A stretch of 64,000 bases of DNA from a virus, in the IMG/VR virus record IMGVR_UViG_3300022752_002570, positions 1 to 64,000 of that record, one strand, 5' to 3'. The notes beneath the pieces are model-generated. The model saw nothing but the letters and a program-made list of their open reading frames with translations, was not told where the DNA came from and did not search any database. Position 1 is the first letter of the stretch. Every line of letters starts with the position of its first letter. The position numbers and the translations under genes were made by a program. Below, in pieces: positions 39,351-48,448 of the stretch.

Positions 39351-42300
39351 TTATATGCTCGTTTTACGTATAAGTTTATCTAAGGGACTTTGACCGCTGG
39401 TTAGACTGCCAAACTTCTGCGAGACTGCTCCTTGAATGTTTTGATCTGCAATATTAGGAAATCCCGTAAGTCCGGATAGGCTTTCCCGTGCAGAATTAAA
39501 TCTGTCAGCAGATACCGTACTATCAATCGGCGTACTGGCAGAAATATTTCCTTCACTGTAATAAGGATCATAACCTCCATTGTAAGATTCTCCAGGTTCT
39601 GGTGCAGTATAATTTGGAGGTATAGGAGGAAGGTTAGCAATTTTTGTACTAGGCAAATAGTCTAATATGATACCTTGATTGGCTGCTTTTTCTAGATCTA
39701 AATTCGGTGGTGTGTTTTTCATTAGATCAGAAATTTGTGAATTAACCTTACCAGTGTAGTTAGATAATCCAGATAACTTGGCAGCATCAAGCCCTCCTCG
39801 TGCGGCAATATTAAAAGGATCTGTAGTAGGCGCAGTTAAGCCTTGAAGTTTCTCGCCTACTCCTCCTATTAATCTAGATGCGCCTGCACCTAAACTTACA
39901 ACGTTATCTATCGCTGCGGAACCTATATTTTTCACAGAATCTACAACGTCAGTTAAGGAACCAACAGGGTTAGAAAAGTTATTGATATTCAATCCCTGCT
40001 TGGCCTCATTAGATGTTAAAAGTTCACTTGGTACAAAGTCTTGTGTTAATTTTACAGGAGCATCTATACCTATACCAGTGCCTTGATTGGATTTACTGAG
40101 TGCAGATGAAATAACTGAACCTAACAATCCACCCGCCACAACGCCTGCCGCACGTTTAAGAGGAATATTACCAGTGACCACATTAGCCGCAGCGGCTACG
40201 AGAGCAGCACTACCGAGGCTGGTTTTATTTAAGTCAAACAGTCCACTGGTTTTCAATCTCATGTTACTGGCTATATCTGATGTAGGTAAAGGTTGACCTA
40301 TTACCTGCGAAACTATTGGTACAGGAGTAGGTATTATTGATGCGGGATTATTAATAGCGTTCATTACAAAGCTAGCAGGTGCAGTTCCAGGTGTCTGCAC
40401 TAATAGACTAGGTTCAGCACCCCCAAGTCCTCCTACTGCTCCTGTAAAGTTGCTAGGTTCACCTGGTTCACCAGGTGACGGTGCTCCACGACCTAAGGTT
40501 TCTGCTACTGTTTCGGAACTTACACGTTGACTGGTATTTTCGGCTGTGGAGGTATCAGGAACAGGCTGTGCAGACGGATTCGGTTTACTGATTAATAGAT
40601 CATCAGGATCAGTTATCGGAACTTTCTGATCTAATACTTGACCGTTAAATCGCATGACTTCTAAAACCTGTTTAAAGAAGCCATCTTTAAAACTACTTTT
40701 AGCCTTTATTACTCTATAGACACCACTGAACGGAATACGATTTTCATCAAACTGCATCATTCCTGTATCTGCGTTTATGTCTACAGGATTTCTAAAGTTT
40801 ATCGTTATTAAAACTTCTGAAAATTGGTATGCGGCTTCTCCGTCTTTGGTTTCGTTTTCATTTTTTAAATTAGGATTATAGTTACCCATACCTCCTGTAA
40901 CAAGATAAAATGGATCTCCTACAATTTCAATCTCACCTTTTAGCAGAGCAGATTTAGAATTAATAATGGCTTCATGCATGGCTCTGGCCATATTTGAGTA
41001 AGGATCATGCCTGGGTTGAAGTGCGTTACCACCTGTTGATTGAACATCTACAGAAGTTGCTCTTACCGCAGGTAATGGTACAGTATGTTCTTTCTGCTCA
41101 TTTACAGGGGTTCCTTGTACCTGTACATTACTGTCTCCGCTTTTACTGGCAGTACCTTTACTTGACGGTGATTCCTTATTACCCATAGCAGGAGGAACTG
41201 CTTCGAAAAATAGATAATTAAAGTCTAATTTAAAATTAAGTACCTCTGTATTAAGTCCAGTATAGAGATAATTGTATTCTCTTCGACTAAGTTTCTTTAA
41301 TTTTTTTTCTTTATATGGTAAACTTCCAAACGGTTGTATTCTACTGATATGAACTTTATATGGAGTTACCACATAGGTATACTTTTTATAAGGCTCTTTA
41401 GTTATAGGACTAATTTTTTCTAAATTCTCTACTTGGAGATTAACGCTGAAATAATCCATCATACCATAGTCGTCAATCTTTTCTTTAACTTGAGTTAATA
41501 ATTTTTTAACATAGGCACTATCTCTTATAACAGCAGTAATTAAACTATCAACCATTCCTCCTTCAGGAAATTGCACAACTGTTTTCCCTGGATTATATTT
41601 TATAGAGGAAGAACTAGCAGACTTATTTCCCTTGTACCCATTCTTTTTATTACTTTCTTCGGGTTGAACCATTTTGAATAGATTATTATCTTTGGCAATT
41701 TCAACCAATAGCGATCCTGCTATTTCATTTTCAGGATTATCTACAAATCCTAGTGTAGCATCTCTAGAGGGAAATTTAATATCGTATATGTCGGTTGGTT
41801 CGAAATTATTTGTAAGGAGTCCATTAGGATCTACATCTGGACTAACACTGGCAACCTGTTTAGTAAGGTTGTCCATAAAATCTTTTAATATTTCTTTAAC
41901 TGTAGTACCAGCCATTTTTATAGGCTTTTTAAGTCTATTAGGTTCACCGTAGGCTCTATCATTTACAGGAATGGCCTGAATTTTATAGCGTGTTCCACGT
42001 TCTGTAACTTCAACACCCGCTTTGGTTATAACAATCGGATAGTATCTTACAGAATTAGGTATTGGTTCGGGTTCAGGCAAATCCATATCATCAGGATATC
42101 CAACAAATTCTAACTTTAGAAGGAACGGAGTATTTTGATAAGTTGTATATCCTGCTGCAACCGCGGTAACATGTAATGCTTCTAAGAATCCGTTAATACT
42201 GTAAGGTTCTATCACATCAAATGTAATCTTTGTAGGCTTAGACATATTGCCTTCTTCATTGGCAACCATTATACTTTCGACATATACGTTTTCAATATAC

Positions 42301-42785
42301 ATGTCAAACCTACCGGGACTATTTTTATTAAACCCGCTTATTAGAGCGTTATTATCTGTTTTAAGTTTTTCTACGTTTTTTATATTATTTTCTGTTACGC
42401 CTGAACCAACTGTAGGATCATTTGCTAACACAGTGTCAGATACTGCTGCCGACTGAGCAGAACTTAGTTCAGTAGGAGGTGTAACACCTTGGTACCCTTT
42501 TCCTCCCGATTTTAAAATAACCAAATCTAATTCACCGGCCCTATACTTAGAGGCATCTTTTAAATAATCCTTAGGTAAGCCTGCCAGGGTCCAATTATAA
42601 GTATAGGATCTATAGAAACTAAGAACATTAGATTCTTGCGTACCTACTACACCAGTTTTATCTGTAGATGTATTAAGAAATTGTGTTTTTTGTGCAGATT
42701 CTTCTGCCTGCGTTGACGCAGCCTCTAACGACTTTTCCTGACGTTCTATATCTGAATCACTTTTTTTAGGTGATGCAGTGCTCAT
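39351..42785 (-). CDS. large baseplate hub/tail protein
   Basis: 1144-aa ORF between the gp53-like and gp5-like genes. EIVGDPFYL...SGVYRVIKAKSSFKDGFFKQ.L is a hub-like (gp27/gpD) motif. Low-complexity C-terminus. Confidence 0.65.
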   Translation of the reverse strand: MSTASPKKSDSDIERQEKSLEAASTQAEESAQKTQFLNTSTDKTGVVGTQESNVLSFYRSYTYNWTLAGLPKDYLKDASKYRAGELDLVILKSGGKGYQGVTPPTELSSAQSAAVSDTVLANDPTVGSGVTENNIKNVEKLKTDNNALISGFNKNSPGRFDMYIENVYVESIMVANEEGNMSKPTKITFDVIEPYSINGFLEALHVTAVAAGYTTYQNTPFLLKLEFVGYPDDMDLPEPEPIPNSVRYYPIVITKAGVEVTERGTRYKIQAIPVNDRAYGEPNRLKKPIKMAGTTVKEILKDFMDNLTKQVASVSPDVDPNGLLTNNFEPTDIYDIKFPSRDATLGFVDNPENEIAGSLLVEIAKDNNLFKMVQPEESNKKNGYKGNKSASSSSIKYNPGKTVVQFPEGGMVDSLITAVIRDSAYVKKLLTQVKEKIDDYGMMDYFSVNLQVENLEKISPITKEPYKKYTYVVTPYKVHISRIQPFGSLPYKEKKLKKLSRREYNYLYTGLNTEVLNFKLDFNYLFFEAVPPAMGNKESPSSKGTASKSGDSNVQVQGTPVNEQKEHTVPLPAVRATSVDVQSTGGNALQPRHDPYSNMARAMHEAIINSKSALLKGEIEIVGDPFYLVTGGMGNYNPNLKNENETKDGEAAYQFSEVLITINFRNPVDINADTGMMQFDENRIPFSGVYRVIKAKSSFKDGFFKQVLEVMRFNGQVLDQKVPITDPDDLLISKPNPSAQPVPDTSTAENTSQRVSSETVAETLGRGAPSPGEPGEPSNFTGAVGGLGGAEPSLLVQTPGTAPASFVMNAINNPASIIPTPVPIVSQVIGQPLPTSDIASNMRLKTSGLFDLNKTSLGSAALVAAAANVVTGNIPLKRAAGVVAGGLLGSVISSALSKSNQGTGIGIDAPVKLTQDFVPSELLTSNEAKQGLNINNFSNPVGSLTDVVDSVKNIGSAAIDNVVSLGAGASRLIGGVGEKLQGLTAPTTDPFNIAARGGLDAAKLSGLSNYTGKVNSQISDLMKNTPPNLDLEKAANQGIILDYLPSTKIANLPPIPPNYTAPEPGESYNGGYDPYYSEGNISASTPIDSTVSADRFNSARESLSGLTGFPNIADQNIQGAVSQKFGSLTSGQSPLDKLIRKTSI

Positions 42786-43078
42786 TAAACTTCTCTAACT
42801 TTCTTTATGGTTGACATTTTTGGCAGATATATTTTAGTGCCTGCTGTGAAATCAAATACAGGATCTTTAAGGACCTGCTTGTTTCTAACAGCAAATACCC
42901 ACCATAAATTAGAATCTTTATAAAGATCATTTGCCAACAAATCGGGTCTGTTTTCGTATACCTTGGTTATTTCAAATAAAATATCATCAGTCTCTCTAGG
43001 TAAATCAGGAAGATTCAATATATCAAGATAACCATTAACTATAGGAGTGTTATAATATGGACTAGAATTACTGTACAT
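42785..43078 (-). CDS. gp53/LysM-like baseplate wedge protein
   Basis: YENRPDLLANDLYKDSNLWWVFAVRN...G.KIYLP. Confidence 0.8.
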   Translation of the reverse strand: MYSNSSPYYNTPIVNGYLDILNLPDLPRETDDILFEITKVYENRPDLLANDLYKDSNLWWVFAVRNKQVLKDPVFDFTAGTKIYLPKMSTIKKVREV

Positions 43079-43896
43079 TAGATGTATCCTCTACCTTTAA
43101 AGGCATTTCTTAAATAACCTGTTACATTAAATTCTTGCATTTCTGCTCTGCTATACATAGGCACGCAAACAATGTTAATTGTGCTGGAAACTGGTACAGA
43201 AGTAGGTCCATAAGATATACCATCCCCAGGAAATGTAAAATAATCTACATTTTCAGGAAGTTCTATTCTAAATTGAGATACAGCAACAGGTACATTGTCT
43301 AACATCATTTCACCATAGGCATCTAAACGACAAACAGGAGGAGGACTGCCACTGTCCGCATCACCAGTAAGACCACCGAATCTCATCTTAGTAAGTGCTT
43401 TTAACAAAACCTTTGTACTAACATACACCTTTGCATCTTCGATATTTTGCACTGTAAATTTTCCATTAATAGATATGTTGCCTATGGAACTATTTTTATA
43501 AAAATTTATAGGAAAATTGGAATGTGTAGGTGTTTGGGCTGTGTATTCTGCTTTGACCTCATATTGAATTTGTGGGGTATACGGAAAAACAATACCACCT
43601 AACTCAACAAGTTCTTGATTCCTGCCGCCCTGTGTTAACTCAGTAAGATATTTTGGTGGGACCCTTAACTTAACTCGTAGGTCTTCACCTAGGTTATTGC
43701 CAAAAATATCACGTACCAATACTTCCGGAGGCTTTGGACTCTGTGGTTGAGCGCCTTGAGGTACACCGTTTAATCTAATAGATTCCATTCCTGCGTCAAT
43801 TCTTGGTCTAGTCGAAACAGCAGATAACACTGATGCATCACCTGTACCTGGAGTTCCGTAAGAATTATCAGTACTGTCGATGTAATTTTGGCTCAT
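43078..43896 (-). CDS. baseplate-tail tube junction protein (gp48/gp54-like)
   Basis: VFPYTPQI, GSPPPVCRLDAYG, VPVAVSQF tube-fold motifs. First gene of the baseplate operon. Confidence 0.65.
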   Translation of the reverse strand: MSQNYIDSTDNSYGTPGTGDASVLSAVSTRPRIDAGMESIRLNGVPQGAQPQSPKPPEVLVRDIFGNNLGEDLRVKLRVPPKYLTELTQGGRNQELVELGGIVFPYTPQIQYEVKAEYTAQTPTHSNFPINFYKNSSIGNISINGKFTVQNIEDAKVYVSTKVLLKALTKMRFGGLTGDADSGSPPPVCRLDAYGEMMLDNVPVAVSQFRIELPENVDYFTFPGDGISYGPTSVPVSSTINIVCVPMYSRAEMQEFNVTGYLRNAFKGRGYI

Positions 43897-43916
43897 ATTG
43901 AAATCCTAATAAAACA

Positions 43917-43933
43917 TATTTAACCAATAAATA
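43917..43933. promoter_or_regulatory. divergent TAAATA late-promoter boxes
   Basis: TAAATA on the minus strand at 43917-22 (baseplate operon) and on the plus strand at 43928-33. Confidence 0.6.
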
Positions 43934-43951
43934 AAGCGCCTATCTGCTCGG

Positions 43952-43979
43952 TTGACAACACTGATTCCTGTGTTATACT
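43952..43979 (+). promoter_or_regulatory. sigma70-like promoter for the late sigma factor gene
   Basis: TTGACA(43952-57)-16 nt-TATACT(43974-79) with TG extension. Confidence 0.7.
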
Positions 43980-44003
43980 AACAATAAAGGAAAAAAATAT
44001 TAT

Positions 44004-44912
44004 ATGACCTCAACTGTAAACCTTGCCGGTAAAAAAGTCAAGTATCTAAATAATAGAGACTTATTATCGGAAATACACAAAAGTAAATGCAGTTTTTCAA
44101 GTTTTAGCAAAAAAGAATACAGCCAACACGACATTATTCTACCTTCTTTGAATAAAATTAATATCAGAACTATCGCTCAGGCCAAAAAAAACCGTGCCAA
44201 AAGATTAGGCCTCGAAACATTTATGGAGGCAAGAAACTCTGGAGATAAAAAAATTAAACTAGCGGATTGCACTGTTGACTATAAAACCATATCAAAATTG
44301 GATCTTGTTTTTAGAATAATGACATTTGAACATGTGCCATTGGCGCCTGGTAGAAAGAAAACTACCAAAACTACAGCAGACAGTCACGACAAAGTAAACT
44401 TTCCACCGTTTCAGCATTGGAAATTTGATGATTCAGAAGAACTAGTATGTGTAGGTAAAAGCCACTGGAAAGGAACTGTAAGTAAAGGAAAATTTTCAAA
44501 GGATCACGGGCGCATAACTGAAAATTTAGGTAGAATGTTTTTAAAACTTTCAGAACGTTATGCCCATCGTTCAAACTGGAGAGGATATACCTATATCGAA
44601 GAAATGAAGGGTCAGGCAATTTTACAATTGAGTCAGATAGGATTACAGTTCGACGAATCCAAATCAGAAAATCCCTTTGCCTATTACACAGCAGCAGTTA
44701 CTAATTCATTTACTCGTATTTTAAATATTGAAAAGAAAAATCAAAATATTCGAGACGACATGTTAGAAGAAGCAGGACTAACTCCTAGCATGACGCGACA
44801 ATATCAACACGAATTTTTGGAAGAAACTGCACGTCAAGCCGAACTGTATAAAAATATCAGATTACCAAAAAGTGAAGATACTCCGGAAGAAGATGCAGAA
44901 GTCGAAGCTTGA
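44004..44912 (+). CDS. late-transcription sigma factor, T4 gp55-like
   Basis: YLNNRDLLSEI N-terminus. LGRMFLKLSERYAHRSNWRGYTY.EEM, FDESKSENPFAYYT....NSF.RILNIEKK. Syntenic with gp47-gp46. Confidence 0.8.
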   Translation: MTSTVNLAGKKVKYLNNRDLLSEIHKSKCSFSSFSKKEYSQHDIILPSLNKINIRTIAQAKKNRAKRLGLETFMEARNSGDKKIKLADCTVDYKTISKLDLVFRIMTFEHVPLAPGRKKTTKTTADSHDKVNFPPFQHWKFDDSEELVCVGKSHWKGTVSKGKFSKDHGRITENLGRMFLKLSERYAHRSNWRGYTYIEEMKGQAILQLSQIGLQFDESKSENPFAYYTAAVTNSFTRILNIEKKNQNIRDDMLEEAGLTPSMTRQYQHEFLEETARQAELYKNIRLPKSEDTPEEDAEVEA

Positions 44913-44937
44913 CTTTGTCTTTTAAGCAGTATAAACT
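44909..44937 (+). promoter_or_regulatory. sigma70-like promoter
   Basis: TTGACT(44909-14)-17 nt-TAAACT(44932-37), followed by AGGAG SD. Confidence 0.55.
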
Positions 44938-44957
44938 AAACACAGGAGATATTATAT

Positions 44958-45971
44958 ATGAACCTTTTTAAAAAGGTAGCCTGTTTTACCGACATACACT
45001 TTGGTCTAAAATCAAATTCTACCACACATCTTAAAGACTGTGAAGAATTTGTAGACTGGTTTATAGACACTGCAAAAAAAGAAGGTTGTGAAACTGCGAT
45101 CTTTCTAGGTGACTGGAGTCATAATCGCAACAGTCTTAATCTAATAACTCTAGATACCAGTCTACGTTGTTTAGAAAAACTTGGACAATCATTTGAACAG
45201 TTCTTTTGGTTTCCTGGTAACCACGATCTATATTATAAGGACAAACGTGATATACATAGCAGTGCGTTCGGACGTCACATACCCGGCGTAACTATAGTAG
45301 ATTCTGTTACCACTCTAGGCAATGTTACATTAGTTCCATGGCTAGTAGGTGATGAATGGCAGGCAATGAAAAATGTAAAAAGCAAATATGTATTTGGACA
45401 TTTTGAATTGCCACTATTTTACATGAACGCAATGGTTCAAATGCCAGACACTGGCGAACTGAGAGCAGAATACTTTAACGGCCCTGATTACGTATTCAGC
45501 GGTCATTTTCATAAAAGACAAAGTAGAGGTATAGTACATTACATAGGTAATACTTTCCCGCATAATTTCTCAGACACATGGGACGATGAAAGAGGTATGA
45601 TGACTCTAGAGTGGAGTTGTAAACCTCAATATCATAACTGGCCTAATGCTCCAAAGTACAGACATATAAAATTATCTGATCTAATTGATCAAAAAGATAC
45701 TATAATGAAAAGTAAAATGTATCTTAAGGTAAATTTAGACATTGATATTAGTTTTGAAGAAGCTAATTTAATCAAAGAAACATTTACCAATGATTATGAT
45801 ATTAGAGAGATCAGTCTTATACAGGATAAAGTTAACCTTGATGGTACCTATGAGGACAATCCTGATACGCAGTTTGAGTCTGTCGATCAAATTGTTTCGG
45901 AACAATTGATTAACCTCGAAGGTGATCAATACGATAAAAAACTCATGCTTGAAATTTACAACAATCTATGA
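44958..45971 (+). CDS. recombination nuclease subunit, gp47/Mre11/SbcD-like
   Basis: Metallophosphoesterase motifs DIHFG, LGDW, GNHD, GHFE, SGHFH. Confidence 0.92.
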   Translation: MNLFKKVACFTDIHFGLKSNSTTHLKDCEEFVDWFIDTAKKEGCETAIFLGDWSHNRNSLNLITLDTSLRCLEKLGQSFEQFFWFPGNHDLYYKDKRDIHSSAFGRHIPGVTIVDSVTTLGNVTLVPWLVGDEWQAMKNVKSKYVFGHFELPLFYMNAMVQMPDTGELRAEYFNGPDYVFSGHFHKRQSRGIVHYIGNTFPHNFSDTWDDERGMMTLEWSCKPQYHNWPNAPKYRHIKLSDLIDQKDTIMKSKMYLKVNLDIDISFEEANLIKETFTNDYDIREISLIQDKVNLDGTYEDNPDTQFESVDQIVSEQLINLEGDQYDKKLMLEIYNNL

Positions 45972-47752
45972 CATTTCGAATAAAAAATCTAACCGTAAAA
46001 AACTTTATGAGCGTGGGTAATCAAACCCAGGCCGTTGATTTTAACAAGGCTAATCTAACTTTAGTGCTAGGATCTAATCTCGACCTAGGTGGTGATGATA
46101 CTGGCAGTAGAAACGGTACTGGTAAAACTACTATCATAAATGCTCTCAGTTATGCACTTTACGGGCAGGCATTAACTAACATTAGAAAAGAAAATCTTAT
46201 CAATAAGATAAATGGTAAGAATATGTTGGTCACTGTTGAATTCGAAAAAAATGGTCTCCAATATAAAATTGAGCGAGGTCGCAAGCCTAACATACTTAAA
46301 TTCTTTGTTAATAATCAAGAAATACAAAACACACATAATGAAGATGAAAGCCAAGGAGATAGCAGAGAGACACAAAAGTATATTGAAGAAATGCTGAACA
46401 TGAGCCATACCATGTTCAAACATCTGCTAGCCCTTAATACCTATACTGAACCTTTTTTGGCCATGAAGGCCGCAGATCAAAGAGAAGTTATTGAACAACT
46501 TCTAGGTATCACAATCTTATCAACCAAGGCAGAAGCACTCAAGAACGTTGTAAAAGAAACTCGAGATTCAATACAACAGGAAACCTTTAAAATAGAAAGC
46601 ATTAAAACTGCTAACGAAAATGTTCAAAAGAGCATTGACAGCCTGCATATCAAAAGTTCTGCTTGGGAAAATAAACATCAAACTGAATTAGAAAATCTAG
46701 GTCGTGCCATTGTTAATCTTGAATCTGTTGATATTGAAGCAGAATTACAGGCACACAAAGATCTAGCCATATGGTTAGAGAATGATCGCAAACTGACTCA
46801 ACTTAGAAAACAAATGGCTACATTAGAAACTGCGGTCATGCAGTCGGCTAAAAGTGTAGACAAATATTCTAAAGACTACAACATGCTGATGGGAAAAACG
46901 TGTCCGTCATGTAAACAAGGTTTACAAGATCATGACCACGAAGACATGATTAAAGAAGTTTCAAAGAATCTAGCAGACGCTAGCGAATATGCAGGCAAGG
47001 TAACATATGAGTACGGTCTAGTGGTCAATGAAGTTGAAGCAATCGTTAAACAGCCTAGGAAACCAGATACCTTTTATGAAACAGAAGCAGAAGCATTAGG
47101 TCATAAAAATAATTTAAGTAATCTAGAAAAGGCTCTTATAGAAAAAGACAACGAAGGAAACCCTTACCAAGAACAGATTGAAGAACTACAACGCACAGCC
47201 ATTCAAGAAATTGATTGGACCAAGGTAAATGAACTAACTAGGTTGCGGGATCATCAAGAGTATCTATACAAATTATTGACAAATAAAGATAGTTTTATTA
47301 GAAAAAAGATTATTGATCAAAATTTAACATATCTTAACAAACGTCTAACATATTATATCGATAAACTTGGCTTGCCTCATAAGGTAGTTTTTCAAAATGA
47401 TCTCAATGTAGAAATCACTCAGTTAGGACAAGAACTAGACTTTGACAATCTAAGTCGAGGTGAACGTAATAGATTAATTTTATCTATGAGTTTTGCATTT
47501 CGAGATGTATGGGAAGGCCTATATCAAAGTATTAATCTATTGTTTATTGATGAACTTGTTGATGCAGGTATGGATAGTGCCGGTGTGGAAGCAGCACTAG
47601 CAGTTCTAAAGAAAATGAGTAGAGAAAGAAATAAAAATATCTATCTAATTAGTCACAAAGATGAACTTGTTGGCCGTGTTAACAATGTTCTTAGGGTGAT
47701 TAAAGAAAACGGCTTTACCAGTTATTCAAATGATCTAGAGTATGTTGACTGA
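45968..47752 (+). CDS. recombination ATPase subunit, gp46/Rad50/SbcC-like
   Basis: KNFMSVG, NGTGKTT, CPSC zinc hook, LSRGE signature, LFIDE, ISHK. Confidence 0.93.
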   Translation: MTFRIKNLTVKNFMSVGNQTQAVDFNKANLTLVLGSNLDLGGDDTGSRNGTGKTTIINALSYALYGQALTNIRKENLINKINGKNMLVTVEFEKNGLQYKIERGRKPNILKFFVNNQEIQNTHNEDESQGDSRETQKYIEEMLNMSHTMFKHLLALNTYTEPFLAMKAADQREVIEQLLGITILSTKAEALKNVVKETRDSIQQETFKIESIKTANENVQKSIDSLHIKSSAWENKHQTELENLGRAIVNLESVDIEAELQAHKDLAIWLENDRKLTQLRKQMATLETAVMQSAKSVDKYSKDYNMLMGKTCPSCKQGLQDHDHEDMIKEVSKNLADASEYAGKVTYEYGLVVNEVEAIVKQPRKPDTFYETEAEALGHKNNLSNLEKALIEKDNEGNPYQEQIEELQRTAIQEIDWTKVNELTRLRDHQEYLYKLLTNKDSFIRKKIIDQNLTYLNKRLTYYIDKLGLPHKVVFQNDLNVEITQLGQELDFDNLSRGERNRLILSMSFAFRDVWEGLYQSINLLFIDELVDAGMDSAGVEAALAVLKKMSRERNKNIYLISHKDELVGRVNNVLRVIKENGFTSYSNDLEYVD

Positions 47753-48047
47753 AGAATTAGAAAAATACAATGAAATGTATCGCAAAATGATTGATCATTT
47801 AGTGACATTGCATAATGCAAATATTACTTTCCAAAAGTTTCAAGGTAGAGATCGTGCTAACGATGTTAAACGACAGTTTAGAGGCATTATGAAATTAAGT
47901 CGCGAATTGATAAAGCAATGCAGCAAAGTCAGTCGAGAGGGTTCTGATCGAAGAAAACTTATAAGTACTCAAAGGAAAGAAGCCAAACGACTAAGGCAAC
48001 AACAAAGACAAAAAAATGTGGCTGTATCAGGGGGAAACAATCAATGA
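47742..48047 (+). CDS. basic helical hypothetical protein
   Basis: 101-aa ORF overlapping both neighbours, K/R/Q-rich. Confidence 0.6.
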   Translation: MLTEELEKYNEMYRKMIDHLVTLHNANITFQKFQGRDRANDVKRQFRGIMKLSRELIKQCSKVSREGSDRRKLISTQRKEAKRLRQQQRQKNVAVSGGNNQ

Positions 48048-48447
48048 ACTACCAGAAACTTGCGTAGGATTCGTGTATATTATAACTAATACAGTAACAG
48101 GCAAGATGTACATAGGCAAAAAACTTAGTAAATTTTCAAAAACAACTTATAAAACTGTTAAATTAAAAAACGGCACTAAGAAAAAGAAACGAATTAAATC
48201 TAAAATATCCTCAGACTGGCAGACATATTACGGCTCAAACGATCATCTCAATCAAGACGTACTAAATTTAGGCACAGATAAATTTGTAAGAGAAATATTA
48301 TACTTTTGTAATTCAAAGGCAGAATGTTCCTATATTGAGGCACGTGAACAATTTACTCGCAAAGTACTAGAATCAGACGAATACTATAACGGACAGATAT
48401 CTGTTCGTGTCCATGGCTCACACATCAAAGGCAAACTAAACGGTTAA
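48016..48447 (+). CDS. stand-alone GIY-YIG endonuclease
   Basis: GFVYIITNTVTGKMYIGKK, YYGS, F.REIL, conserved E (YIEAREQ) and YYN. Lys-rich insertion. Confidence 0.85.
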   Translation: MWLYQGETINELPETCVGFVYIITNTVTGKMYIGKKLSKFSKTTYKTVKLKNGTKKKKRIKSKISSDWQTYYGSNDHLNQDVLNLGTDKFVREILYFCNSKAECSYIEAREQFTRKVLESDEYYNGQISVRVHGSHIKGKLNG

Positions 48448-48448
48448 C

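Noticed and set aside
47742-48047. Histone H1-like (Hc1) assignment
   Set aside because: The resemblance is only compositional, with no convincing motif.
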